Below, one piece after another: positions 9,759-20,578 of a stretch of 64,000 nt of DNA. The DNA is from Candidatus Multivoradales bacterium (GTDB lineage Bacteria; Acidobacteriota; Thermoanaerobaculia; Multivoradales; JAHEKO01), in the NCBI GenBank assembly GCA_965223855.1, contig CBDCXM010000008.1:320001-384000 (forward strand), written 5' to 3'. Made by a program: the position numbers and the translations under genes. Each line of letters starts with the position of its first letter. Within the stretch, counting starts at the first letter, position 1. Under the pieces are notes generated by a model. That model was not told the origin of the DNA. It searched no databases and saw nothing but the letters and a program-made list of their open reading frames with translations.

Positions 9759-11602
9759 GGCGGCTGCTCGCCCTCTCGGCCGTCCTGCTCCTCGCCGCCC
9801 TGGGCCGGGCCTCGGCCGAGGACGAGCCGCGCGTCAGCGCGCGTCTGGCGCCCGAGCGGATCGGCACCGAGCAACTCACCCGGCTGATCATCGAGGTCAG
9901 CGGCAGCGGGATCGGCAGCCGACAGTTCACGCCCGACTTCGAGCTCGAGAACCTGGTCATCGATTCCGGTCCCAGCCAGTCGCAGAGCTTCAGCTTCACC
10001 AACGGCGTCGCCTCGCGCAGCCAGAGCCTGAGCTGGATTCTGCGACCGGTCGGGCCGGGAGCGGCGCGGGTCCACTCGATCCGGGTGCAGTACGGCGACA
10101 CCCTCTACGAGCCGCCCGATCTCCAACTCGTCGTCGAGAACGAAGCGGTCGTCGGCAGCTCTCAGGGGCAGCGCCAGGCCGATCCGTTCGAGGACTTCTT
10201 CCCGTCGCTCCGCGGCCGGCTGAGGCGCGGTTCCACGCCGCAGCCGGAGGTGTTCCTCCGTGCCGAGCTTTCCCCGCGCTCGCCATGGGTCGGACAGCAG
10301 GTGGTCTACACCCTCTACCTCTACACCCAGGCTCACGTCGCCTCGATCAACCCGGAGCAGCTGCCGGACTTCGCCGGCTTCTGGGTCCGCGACATCGACC
10401 TCGGAGAGACTCCCGAGGTCGAGATGGTCGACGTCGACGGCCGGCGGTTCGGCCGCGTACCGATCCTGCGCCGGGCGCTCTTCCCCCTGCGCTCCGGCGA
10501 GCTCTCCCTCGAGTCGGCGAAGGTACAGCTCTCGGTCCGGATGCCCGACCGGACTTTCGGCTCCATGTTCTCCGACATCGAGTCGATCCGGCGAGACAGC
10601 AATCCGCTGTCTCTGACCGCTCGCGAGCTGCCTCCGGACGCCCCGGAGGGCTTCGCCGGAGCCGTCGGCTCGCTCGAGATCGAGGCGCACCTCGAACCGA
10701 CCAGCGTCACGGTCGGCGAGGCGGCGACCTTCAAAGTCACGCTCGCAGGCGCCGGACACCTCCAGGGGCTCCCCGCCCCGGAGCTGCCCGAGATGGAGGG
10801 AGTCCGCCTGTTCCCGCCTCAACAGGAGAGCGGCGAGCGGGTCGTCGGCGATCAGGTGCGCGGCGAGAGAAGCTGGAACTTCATCCTCGTCCCCGAAGTC
10901 GCGGCGCCGCTGGAGCTGCCGCCGATCGAGATCTCCTACTTCGACCCGGTCGCCTCCGCCTACCGGACCACCCGCTCTGAGCCGCTCACGCTGGCGGTCG
11001 CGCCGGCGCCGGTGACGGAGGCAGCGCTCGAACCGGCGGCCGCAGCGCCGATCGACGACGCGGACGCCGGGACGGATCAGCAGGCCGCGGCGGCCGGTCT
11101 CCGCTGGACCGCGATCCTGCCGTGGGCCCTGGTCGCGCTCCTGTCGCTCGCACTGATCGTCGCCCTCACCCGTCGCCGGCCGGGGTCCGGCGCCGCTCGG
11201 CCAGGGAGCGCCGGCCAACGGAGTCGATCGCCGGGCCCTTCGCCCAGCCCCGGGCAGGGACCCACCGTCCGCGCGAAGGAGCGACGCACTCTCAATCGCG
11301 ACTTCGACAGCGCGGTCGAGGCCGCGGCGATGGAAGCGAAACCGCGGGCGACCGCTCACGCCATCGAGGAGGCATGGCGGAGCTGGCTGGCCGAGCGCTG
11401 GGAGATCGAACCGAGCGCGCCTACCAAGCAGTGGGGCGAGCGCCTGGAGGGCGCCGGCGCCGACGTCGACGAGGTCCGGCGGCTGATGGGGCTGGTCGAC
11501 GATCTCCACTACCTGCGTTACGCACCGCAACTGGCCGACACCGAGTCGCTCGCTCGGGAGTTGATCCTCCGCTCGCAAAAGATCCAGCGCTCTCTACAAT
11601 AG
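9755..11602 (+). CDS. batD: BatD-family protein
   Basis: Signal peptide, GPSQSQSFSFTNG, FAGAVG, ISYFDP...Y motifs, C-terminal TM. Confidence 0.88.
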   Translation: MRRLLALSAVLLLAALGRASAEDEPRVSARLAPERIGTEQLTRLIIEVSGSGIGSRQFTPDFELENLVIDSGPSQSQSFSFTNGVASRSQSLSWILRPVGPGAARVHSIRVQYGDTLYEPPDLQLVVENEAVVGSSQGQRQADPFEDFFPSLRGRLRRGSTPQPEVFLRAELSPRSPWVGQQVVYTLYLYTQAHVASINPEQLPDFAGFWVRDIDLGETPEVEMVDVDGRRFGRVPILRRALFPLRSGELSLESAKVQLSVRMPDRTFGSMFSDIESIRRDSNPLSLTARELPPDAPEGFAGAVGSLEIEAHLEPTSVTVGEAATFKVTLAGAGHLQGLPAPELPEMEGVRLFPPQQESGERVVGDQVRGERSWNFILVPEVAAPLELPPIEISYFDPVASAYRTTRSEPLTLAVAPAPVTEAALEPAAAAPIDDADAGTDQQAAAAGLRWTAILPWALVALLSLALIVALTRRRPGSGAARPGSAGQRSRSPGPSPSPGQGPTVRAKERRTLNRDFDSAVEAAAMEAKPRATAHAIEEAWRSWLAERWEIEPSAPTKQWGERLEGAGADVDEVRRLMGLVDDLHYLRYAPQLADTESLARELILRSQKIQRSLQ

Positions 11603-11609
11603 GGGGGTC

Positions 11610-12734
11610 ATGCCCGACTTCCGGTGCATCGAACCGGACGAGCTGGAGCGATTCGTCCATCGCCGGCCGCTCAATCTGAGCGACCCGGGGACCCTCAACC
11701 TCGCCGACAACCTCACCGAGGTTCTGCGCAAGGCCAACGAGTTCGTCCCCTCGGAGGGTGGGTCGATCCTGCTCGACCGTCCGACCGAGACCGGCAAGGC
11801 ACGGAGCCCCTCCCTGGCGTTCATCGCAGCCTTCGGAGACCGGGCCGACGACCTCCTGGGCACCACCGTCGATCATCCGGATGCCGTGGCGACCGGCGTC
11901 TACAGCACCGGACGCTCCGACCGGCGAGACCGCAACGGCAACGGCCCTCCGCCGGCCAACGGCGTCCGCTCCCTCGTGGCGATTCCCATCCGCATCGGAG
12001 ACGAGGTGTGCGGAGTTCTCGAGCTGATCGATCGGCGAGGCAGCGACGGGTTCTCGCAGGATGACGTCAACCTCCTCGAGATCTTCGCCGACTACATCTC
12101 GATCGCCATCCGCAACGTCCTCGAAGGCCGCCTCGCCCAGGAGATCGCTCAACGCGACAACCTGACGGGGCTGCTCAACGACCGGTCTCTGCACCTCGTC
12201 GTCTCGCGTGTGGTCGACGAGTGCCGTGAGGACGGCGAGGATCTGGCTCTGCTGTTCCTCGACCTCGACTACTTCAAGCACGTGAACGACACTCACGGGC
12301 ACCTCGCCGGAAGCCAGGTGTTGCGGGAGATCGGCCGCCTGTTGCGCACCCGGGCCGAGGCCGAGGGCGTGATCGCCGCCCGCTACGGCGGCGACGAGTT
12401 CGTGCTCGCCGCGCCCGCCAAGTCGCTCGACGAGGCGATCGACCTGGCCGAGCGTCTGCGTGACGCGATCAGCGCCGGGGTCTACTGCACCGAGCCCAGC
12501 GACATTCAGCCCGATGTGTTGAACCTGAGCGGGATTACCTGCTCGGTCGGGGTGGCGTCGCTGCATCGCCACACGACCCCGGACCTCTCTGCGGAGCGGT
12601 GCAAGAGCTCGCTGCTGCGGCTCGCCGACGCCGCGATGTACGTCGCCAAGGAGACCGGCCGCAACCGCACCGCCGTGGCCGGAGAGCTCGTGCGCCGGCG
12701 TCGATTCGAGGCTCCGACTCCACCACCGGACTAG
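11610..12734 (+). CDS. GAF-sensor diguanylate cyclase
   Basis: GAF-like N-terminus, DNLTGLLN, DLDYFKHVNDTHGH, RYGGDEF, ADAAMYVAKETGRN. Confidence 0.93.
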   Translation: MPDFRCIEPDELERFVHRRPLNLSDPGTLNLADNLTEVLRKANEFVPSEGGSILLDRPTETGKARSPSLAFIAAFGDRADDLLGTTVDHPDAVATGVYSTGRSDRRDRNGNGPPPANGVRSLVAIPIRIGDEVCGVLELIDRRGSDGFSQDDVNLLEIFADYISIAIRNVLEGRLAQEIAQRDNLTGLLNDRSLHLVVSRVVDECREDGEDLALLFLDLDYFKHVNDTHGHLAGSQVLREIGRLLRTRAEAEGVIAARYGGDEFVLAAPAKSLDEAIDLAERLRDAISAGVYCTEPSDIQPDVLNLSGITCSVGVASLHRHTTPDLSAERCKSSLLRLADAAMYVAKETGRNRTAVAGELVRRRRFEAPTPPPD

Positions 12735-12915
12735 CCTGAATCTCTCACGCCGGTGTGCTCTGGAAGGCCGTAGGTCGCTGAAAATACAAGGCTTCCGGTC
12801 GCGAGCACCACAGACATAGCCGTAGCTGCGTCGAGGAGCACAGTGACCGGAAAACGCAGTAGATTCAGTGACCTGCGGCCTTCCAGGGTGCAGCGGCGTG
12901 AGACGTTCAGGCTAC
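12731..12915. repeat. ~185-bp palindromic structured element, copy 1 (MITE-like or structured RNA)
   Basis: Ends TAGCCTGAA...TTCAGGCTA pair; internal arms TCTCACGCCG/CGGCGTGAGA and TGGAAGGCCGTAGGTCGCTGAA/TTCAGTGACCTGCGGCCTTCCA; about 84% identical (manual count) to 27320-27503. Confidence 0.88.
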
Positions 12916-12941
12916 GCGACCGGGCTGTGCACCGCCTCCCG

Positions 12942-12971
12942 TTGACCGCCCTTTCGGGCCGGTGCTAGCCT
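12942..12971 (+). promoter_or_regulatory. Putative sigma-70 promoter for lat-pcd
   Basis: TTGACC-N18-TAGCCT with an extended TG motif (TGcTAGCCT). Confidence 0.55.
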
Positions 12972-13041
12972 GCCCCGCGACGGCCCTGGAAGCCTCGGCC
13001 GCCCCGATCCCCCTCCAGAAGCACCACTCCGAGGTATCCGC

Positions 13042-14382
13042 ATGACGACGACGGTGTCGCACTCCGCCTCCATGGCTCCTGCAGACGTGCGGGAGCGACT
13101 CTCGCAGCACATCCTGGCCGACGGCCTGCCGATCGTCATCGATCTCGAGAAGAGTGCCGGCTCCTACCTGTGGGACAGCGTGAGGGGGCGCCGACTGCTC
13201 GACCTCTTCGGCTGTTTCTCCACCAGCACCCTCGGGTACAACCACCCCGGGCTGCAGACGCCCGAGGCGGAGGCGGCACTGCTGCCGGCGGCGATCAACA
13301 AACCGTCCAACTCCGATATCTATTCGCTCGAGATGGGCCACTTCGTCGAGGCGCTCGCGCGGACGGTTCCGGCACCGCTCGACGAGCGGATGTTCTTCAT
13401 CGAGGGCGGGGCCCTCGCCGTGGAGAACGCCCTCAAAACGGCGATGGACTGGAAGGTACGCAAGAACCTCGCGGCCGGGCGTGGCGAGATCGGCGGTGAG
13501 ATTCTGCACTTCGAGAGCGCGTTCCACGGACGCAGCGGCTACACCCTCTCGCTCACCAACACCGACCCGGTCAAGACGGACTACTTCCCCAAGTTCGACT
13601 GGCCTCGCATCCCGGTACCGCGCCAGCGCTTTCCACTCGATGACGCGGGGCGCGCCGACCTCGAGCGCGAGGAAGACGCCGCGGTCGCGGCGATCGAGGC
13701 CGCCGTCGCCGAGCGGCCGCACCGGATCGCGGCGCTGATCGTCGAGCCGATTCAGGGCGAGGGAGGGGACAACCACTTCCGGCCCGAGTTCCTGGCCCGG
13801 CTGCGGACGCTCGCCGACGAGCACGAGTTCCTGCTCGTTTTCGACGAGGTGCAGACCGGGTTCGCCACCACGGGAAGCTGGTGGTGCTTCGAGCAGCTCG
13901 GGGTCACGCCCGACGTCTTCGCCTTCGGAAAGAAGACGCAGGTGTGCGGCATCTGCGCCGGGCCCCGTGTGGACGAGGTCGATTCCGTCTTCAAGGTCTC
14001 GAGCCGCATCAACTCGACCTGGGGCGGCAATCTGGTCGACATGGTGCGCTGCCGCCTGTACGTCGAGATCATCGAGGCGGAGAACCTGCTCGACAACGCC
14101 CGCTCGATCGGAGCCTCGCTGCTCGCCGGTCTGCGCGAGCTCGAAGGGCGCTTCCCCGACCTCGTTTCCAACTCGCGCGGCCGCGGGCTCTTCATCGCCT
14201 TCGACCTGCCCGACGCCGACGTGCGCCGACGGGTCCTCGAGACGATGCTCGCCGCCGACGTCCTCGGCCTCGCCTCCGGAGAGCGCTCGATCCGCTTCCG
14301 CCCCGCCCTGACGCTCTCCGCAGCCGAAGCCGCCGAGGGCCTGGGCCGCCTGACGGAAGCGCTCGCCGGCAGCCGCGACTGA
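13042..14382 (+). CDS. lat: L-lysine 6-aminotransferase (class III PLP aminotransferase)
   Basis: INKPSNSDIYS, GALAVENALKTAMDWKVRKN, AFHGRSGYTLSLTNT, DEVQTG, AFGKKTQVCG, SRINSTWGGNLVDM. Confidence 0.93.
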   Translation: MTTTVSHSASMAPADVRERLSQHILADGLPIVIDLEKSAGSYLWDSVRGRRLLDLFGCFSTSTLGYNHPGLQTPEAEAALLPAAINKPSNSDIYSLEMGHFVEALARTVPAPLDERMFFIEGGALAVENALKTAMDWKVRKNLAAGRGEIGGEILHFESAFHGRSGYTLSLTNTDPVKTDYFPKFDWPRIPVPRQRFPLDDAGRADLEREEDAAVAAIEAAVAERPHRIAALIVEPIQGEGGDNHFRPEFLARLRTLADEHEFLLVFDEVQTGFATTGSWWCFEQLGVTPDVFAFGKKTQVCGICAGPRVDEVDSVFKVSSRINSTWGGNLVDMVRCRLYVEIIEAENLLDNARSIGASLLAGLRELEGRFPDLVSNSRGRGLFIAFDLPDADVRRRVLETMLAADVLGLASGERSIRFRPALTLSAAEAAEGLGRLTEALAGSRD

Positions 14383-14450
14383 ATCCCCCCTCAACACCCA
14401 CACCATGGCGTCGGCGGGCCCCGGGCCCGCTGCGCACCCGGAGAACCGAC

Positions 14451-15980
14451 ATGACGACCAACGCCCAGGAGATTCTCTCCGCCCTCGGCATCGAGCCCGA
14501 CAACCCCGGAGCATGGGACGGAGAGTGGATCGACACGACCGGTCCCGCGATCGTCTCCGTCAACCCGGCGACAGGCGAAGAGATCGCCCGCGTCCGCTCG
14601 GCCGAGGCGCACGACTACGAGCGCTGCGCGGCCGCCTCGCAGAAGGCGTTCGAGGAGTGGCGGGAGTGGACCGCACCGGCCCGGGGCGAGGTGGTCCGGC
14701 AGCTCGCCGAGGCGCTGCGGGAGAAGAAGGAGCCGCTCGGCGCCCTCGTGAGCCTCGAGATGGGCAAGGTATTGTCCGAAGGGCTCGGCGAGGTGCAGGA
14801 GATGATCGACATGTGCGACCTCGCCGTCGGCATGTCGCGCCAGCTCTACGGCCTGTCGATGCATTCCGAGCGCCCGCGGCACCGGATGTACGAGCAGTGG
14901 CACCCGCTGGGCCCGATCGGCATCATCACCGCCTTCAACTTCCCGGTGGCGGTGTGGGCGTGGAACTCGGCCGTGGCGGCCGTCTGCGGCGACTCGATGG
15001 TGTGGAAGCCGTCGGAGAAGACGCCGCTGTGCGCCCTTGCCGTGACACGCATCGCCGCCGAAGTGCTGGCGGCCAACGACGCACCGCCGATCTTCGGCCT
15101 CGCCATCGGCGACCGCCACCAGGTCGGTGAGCCGATGACCGCCGACCCGCGCATGCGCCTGATCTCGGCGACCGGCTCGGTCGCCATGGGCCGTGCCGTC
15201 GGCCAGGCGGTCGCCGACCGGCTCGGCCGCAGCCTGCTCGAGCTCGGCGGCAACAACGGCATCATCGTGATGGACGACGCCGACCTCGATCTGGCGCTGA
15301 GGGCGGTCCTCTTCGCGGCGGTCGGCACTGCCGGTCAGCGCTGCACCACCACCCGCCGGTTGTTCCTCCAGAAGGGAATCGCCGCCGAGATGAAGCAACG
15401 CCTCGTCGACGCCTACCGCTCGGTCACGATCGGCGACCCGCTCGAAGAGTCGACCCTCATGGGGCCGCTGGTCGACGAGCGGGCGATCGACGACATGATG
15501 AAGGCGATCACCGTCGCCACGGAACAGGGCGGCACGGTGCTGGCCGGCGGCGGACGGATCGACCGGCCGGGCTTCTTCGTCGAGCCGACGCTGATCGAAG
15601 CGAACCATCAGATGCCGATCACCTGCGACGAGACCTTCGCGCCGATCCTCTACCTGTTCGAGTTCGACACGCTCGAGGAGGCGATCGAGCAGCACAACGC
15701 GGTGCCCCAGGGCCTCTCTTCGGCGATCTTCACCCTCAACATGCGCTCGGCGGAACGGTTCCTGACGGCGGCCGGAAGCGACTGCGGCATCGCCAACGTC
15801 AACATCGGCACCTCGGGCGCCGAGATCGGCGGCGCCTTCGGCGGGGAGAAGGAGACCGGCGGCGGTCGCGAGGCGGGCTCGGATTCCTGGAAGGCGTACA
15901 TGCGCCGCCAGACCTGCACCCTCAACTACGGCACCGAGTTGCCGCTGGCCCAGGGGGTCTCGTTCGACCTCGATTCCTGA
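14451..15980 (+). CDS. pcd: Piperideine-6-carboxylate/2-aminoadipate semialdehyde dehydrogenase (ALDH7/antiquitin type)
   Basis: SRQLYGLSMHSERP, AFNFPVAVW, LELGGNN, GTAGQRCTT, GSDCGIANVNIGTSGAEIGGAFGGEK; adjacent to lat. Confidence 0.92.
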   Translation: MTTNAQEILSALGIEPDNPGAWDGEWIDTTGPAIVSVNPATGEEIARVRSAEAHDYERCAAASQKAFEEWREWTAPARGEVVRQLAEALREKKEPLGALVSLEMGKVLSEGLGEVQEMIDMCDLAVGMSRQLYGLSMHSERPRHRMYEQWHPLGPIGIITAFNFPVAVWAWNSAVAAVCGDSMVWKPSEKTPLCALAVTRIAAEVLAANDAPPIFGLAIGDRHQVGEPMTADPRMRLISATGSVAMGRAVGQAVADRLGRSLLELGGNNGIIVMDDADLDLALRAVLFAAVGTAGQRCTTTRRLFLQKGIAAEMKQRLVDAYRSVTIGDPLEESTLMGPLVDERAIDDMMKAITVATEQGGTVLAGGGRIDRPGFFVEPTLIEANHQMPITCDETFAPILYLFEFDTLEEAIEQHNAVPQGLSSAIFTLNMRSAERFLTAAGSDCGIANVNIGTSGAEIGGAFGGEKETGGGREAGSDSWKAYMRRQTCTLNYGTELPLAQGVSFDLDS

Positions 15981-16050
15981 CCGGAATTTCCTGCCGGCTC
16001 AGCTGCGGTGCGCCTTCGGGCGTGAAGAGCCGCATTGGTATGCTCCCATC

Positions 16051-17235
<1,185 letters not shown>

Positions 17236-17322
17236 CCGCGCTCCCGACGACCCCGGCAGGCGACCGTCGCGTCGGTTGAGGACGCGATAGCGGCGACCGC
17301 GCCGGCCGCATATCCTCGGCGC

Positions 17323-18195
17323 ATGTCGTCGAGGGTCCTGCTCAACCCCACCGCGGGACGCGGCGCCGCGGCTGCCGCGCGAGAGATGGTCGAGCCGCGC
17401 GTCGGCCGCGAGAACGTGATCGTCACCTCGAGCGGCGACCACCTCGAGCACGAGGCGCGCCAGGCGGTCAAAGACGGTCTCGAGCGCCTCGTCGTCGCCG
17501 GCGGTGACGGCTCCGCCCACCTCGCCCTGCAGGAGCTCGCCGGTTCGCGCACCGCTCTCGCGGTGCTCCCGCTGGGGAGCGGCAACGACATGGCGGCAAC
17601 GTTCGGTGTGCCGAAGGGGCGTCGCGCCGCACTCGAGCACGCTCTGTCGGCACCGTCCCGACCGACCGACCTCGGCAGGGTCGGCGAACGCCGCTTCGCC
17701 CTCTACTGCGGTTTCGGGATCGACGGCGAGATCTCGCGGATCTACAACGAGAAGGTCCGCTGGCCGAAGGGAACCGCAGGCTACGTGCGCGCGGCCCTCG
17801 AGGCGATCACGAGCTTCGAGGCTCCCACCGTGACGATCGACACGGGCGACGGACCGCGTTCCGGGCGGAGAGTCCTGACACTCGCCGCCAACGCTCCGCG
17901 CGCCGGCGGCGGCATGCAGGTGGCTCCCATGGCCAAGGTCGACGACGGCCGTCTCGAGCTCATCGAAGCCGAAGCGCTCGGACGGATCTCGATGCTGGCG
18001 CTGCTGGCGAAGATCTTCCGTGGCGGACACCTCTCCCACCCGAAGGTGCACCACCACTCGGTCGAGCGGCTGGAGGTGTCCTCGGACAAGCCGATCCCCG
18101 TGTACGCCGACGGCGAAAGGCTCTTCGAGGTCGGCCCGGAACCGGTCACAGTCGAGGTTTCGCCGCTGGCCCTGCGAGTGGTTCGGGGAGCCTAG
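17323..18195 (+). CDS. Diacylglycerol kinase family (YegS/DagK-like) lipid kinase
   Basis: NPTAG, AGGDGS, PLGSGND, GGGMQVAP, DDGRL, ADGE. Confidence 0.9.
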   Translation: MSSRVLLNPTAGRGAAAAAREMVEPRVGRENVIVTSSGDHLEHEARQAVKDGLERLVVAGGDGSAHLALQELAGSRTALAVLPLGSGNDMAATFGVPKGRRAALEHALSAPSRPTDLGRVGERRFALYCGFGIDGEISRIYNEKVRWPKGTAGYVRAALEAITSFEAPTVTIDTGDGPRSGRRVLTLAANAPRAGGGMQVAPMAKVDDGRLELIEAEALGRISMLALLAKIFRGGHLSHPKVHHHSVERLEVSSDKPIPVYADGERLFEVGPEPVTVEVSPLALRVVRGA

Positions 18196-18247
18196 CGGAC
18201 CTTCGTGGTGGGGCCCCGAACGCGGCGCCCCGAGGCGCAGCGCCACC

Positions 18248-18988
18248 TCAGACGGCGGACGATCCGGCCAGGGCCTCGGCCACGGTGCGGCTTCGGGAGC
18301 GGCTGATGGGCAGCTCCGTCCCGTCGTCGAGGACGACCGTTCGCCGCGACCGGATCTCTCTCACCCGGTCGGCGTTGACGATCGCCGAGCGGTGGACGCG
18401 GACGAAGCCGCGCCCGGACAGCAGTCGCTCGAGGGACTTCATCGAGCGGCGGATCAGGTACCGGGTGCCGGCCGCGTGGAGCCTCACGCAGTAGTCGGCC
18501 GCCTCGATCCAGTCGATCGACTCGGTCGGCACGTAGCGCATCCGACCGGCAGTTCGCACGGCCAACCTCGAGGGCCCTGCCCCTTCCCCTCGATCCTCGA
18601 TCGATTCCGCGGCGGCGCTCGTCGCGAGCCGTTCGTGAGCGCGATCGAGAGCCACCGCCAGCCGCTTCCGCGAGACCGGCTTCATCAGGTAGTCGATCGC
18701 GTCGACGTCGAAGGCCCTGAGGGCATGATCTCCGTGAGCGGTGACGAAGATCGTATGGGGAGGGGCCTCGTCTCCGAGCCGCCTCAGGACCTCGAACCCA
18801 TCCATGTCCGGAAGACTGACGTCGAGCAGCAGCAACTGGGGCCTTGCGCGCCGCACCGCTTCCACGGCCGCATCACCACAGTCGGCCTCGCCCACCAGTT
18901 CGAGGCGCTCTTCCGAGGCGAGCAGCGTCTGCAACGCCACGCGCGCCAGCGGTTCGTCATCGACGATCAACGTGCGGATCGGCGTCAC
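18248..18988 (-). CDS. LytTR-family response regulator
   Basis: IVDDEPLAR receiver domain, DYLMKP, IDWIEAADYCV, FVRVHRSAIVN. Confidence 0.93.
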   Translation of the reverse strand: MTPIRTLIVDDEPLARVALQTLLASEERLELVGEADCGDAAVEAVRRARPQLLLLDVSLPDMDGFEVLRRLGDEAPPHTIFVTAHGDHALRAFDVDAIDYLMKPVSRKRLAVALDRAHERLATSAAAESIEDRGEGAGPSRLAVRTAGRMRYVPTESIDWIEAADYCVRLHAAGTRYLIRRSMKSLERLLSGRGFVRVHRSAIVNADRVREIRSRRTVVLDDGTELPISRSRSRTVAEALAGSSAV

Positions 18989-18992
18989 GGTC

Positions 18993-20225
18993 TCAGCCGG
19001 CCTCCACGACCGTGACGACCGGAGGAGCTGCGGCCGCTTCCCGGGCGGTCGCCATCTTCGATCCCGGCAGACTGTCGAGCGTGCTCGTCGCGGGAGGGGC
19101 GACCGGCAGTTCGAGGCCGGCGATCGTCTCGGCTCCGTCCCGGGAAAGGTCGAAGCTCCAGTCGCCGCCGTAGATCGCTTCCAGCCTCGAGGTGACGTTG
19201 GCGAGGCCGTATCCCTCCTGAGCCGAGTCGTTGCCGACGGCTGTGTCGCCAGGATCGGTCGAACGCGGCTCGGGCGCGGTGTTGCGGACCTCGAGCCTCA
19301 GCCGATCCTCCCAGCGGTGCGCATGGACCCGGATGGTGCCCGCCCCGGTCGACCTCGCAAGGCCGTGCTTCACCGCGTTCTCGACCACCGGCTGCAGCAC
19401 GAGGTTGGGGACCATCAGGCCGCGCACCGCGTCCTCGACCTCGGTCGCGACCACCAGGCGATCGCCGAAGCGGACCTGCTCGATCTCGAGATAGAGCTCG
19501 GCAAGGCGAACCTCCTCGGCGACGGTCACCAGCTGCCGCCCTGTCGCCTCCTGGGTGCGCCGCAGCAGCTCCGAGAGACGGATCAGCATGTCCTCGGCCT
19601 CGGCGGCTGACCCCTGCCTCACCAGACCGACGACGGCGTTGAGGGCGTTGAAGATGAAGTGCGGCTGCAGCTCCAGCCTCAGCGCCCGGAGCTCCGCCTG
19701 TGCCAGGTCGGCCCGCAGCCGCGCTTCGCGCAGGAGACGGCGTTTCGCCTCGATTCCGGTCCCGAGTGCGACGATGCCGAAGTACAGCAGCACGTCGAGC
19801 AGCAGCCAATTGTCGAGTTGGAACCGGTACTCGGCGAGGAAGGGCTGCGCCGCGGCGACCGGCTCGTAGGGATCGATCGGCATCGCGAAGAGCGTCGTCG
19901 GGATCGCCTCGAGCGCCGCAACGGCGAGCGCTCCTCCAAGGTGGCCCACGATCGGCAGCAACCTCGGCTGCAACGGATGGCGCATCCCGAGCCAAAGGAC
20001 GGCGGGGGTGAGCGCCACCCACCCGCTCGCCGCGGCGACCTGCCACAGCACCATCCGCCACCACGAGTGTTCGTGGGTCGGCATGCTGAGGACGATCTGG
20101 TTGCCGGCGACGATGCCGAACACCACCCAGAAAGCAAGGACGAGCCACCACGGCACACCGAACAACCGTCGCCAAGTCGAGCGAGAGCGGTCGGGAGAGC
20201 GTGGCTCTGAATTCGGGAGGTGCAT
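18993..20225 (-). CDS. LytS-type membrane sensor histidine kinase
   Basis: Several TM helices, LQPHFIFNALN, YLEIEQVRFGDRL, LQPVVENAVKHG, GYGLANV. Confidence 0.92.
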   Translation of the reverse strand: MHLPNSEPRSPDRSRSTWRRLFGVPWWLVLAFWVVFGIVAGNQIVLSMPTHEHSWWRMVLWQVAAASGWVALTPAVLWLGMRHPLQPRLLPIVGHLGGALAVAALEAIPTTLFAMPIDPYEPVAAAQPFLAEYRFQLDNWLLLDVLLYFGIVALGTGIEAKRRLLREARLRADLAQAELRALRLELQPHFIFNALNAVVGLVRQGSAAEAEDMLIRLSELLRRTQEATGRQLVTVAEEVRLAELYLEIEQVRFGDRLVVATEVEDAVRGLMVPNLVLQPVVENAVKHGLARSTGAGTIRVHAHRWEDRLRLEVRNTAPEPRSTDPGDTAVGNDSAQEGYGLANVTSRLEAIYGGDWSFDLSRDGAETIAGLELPVAPPATSTLDSLPGSKMATAREAAAAPPVVTVVEAG

Positions 20226-20578
20226 CGCGACTGCCGCAGGCAGAAGGCGTGCGAGCGATGGAGGATGCTAGCAGTCGAATCAGGGTAGCCGGCCCCTCCG
20301 TCGCCCCGTTGCCGACCGCCCTCCTTCGAGGCCGGCGGCAGCGACGACGCCTTCGACCAGAACCTACCGCGTCGACCCCGCTCTGGATTCCTCACGCCTC
20401 GGCGCTGCAGGGAACGGTCTCCCGGATGCAGCGAACGAAGGGCTGCAAGCTCGCGCCAAGGCACCGGCCGCCGGCCCCTTCCACCGCCGCGACCACCCGA
20501 GACTGCACCGTACGAGCCGTTGGCTGCACTGCTGCGGGTCATGGGGAACACCCGCTCGCAGGATGAGGTCTGTCCCTC

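Noticed and set aside
12731-12915. Element as a CRISPR repeat, attC site or simple terminator
   Set aside because: It is too long, has no spacer array, no cas or integrase gene and no U-tract, and the copies are 14 kb apart.
13881-14450. N-terminal extensions in the ORF track (pcd, batC, thiolase, clpP, tig, lon, rsfS, MFS, PpiC-2)
   Set aside because: They overlap upstream genes in other frames; true starts were set from RBS, stop/start overlaps and family N-termini.
13042-15980. lat-pcd as a sign of a beta-lactam biosynthetic cluster
   Set aside because: No ACV synthetase or isopenicillin N synthase nearby; plain lysine catabolism explains the pair.
19679-20566. ORFs spanning the LytS-DUF5916 intergenic region
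   Set aside because: No motifs, atypical composition, and overlap with the kinase and probable promoters.
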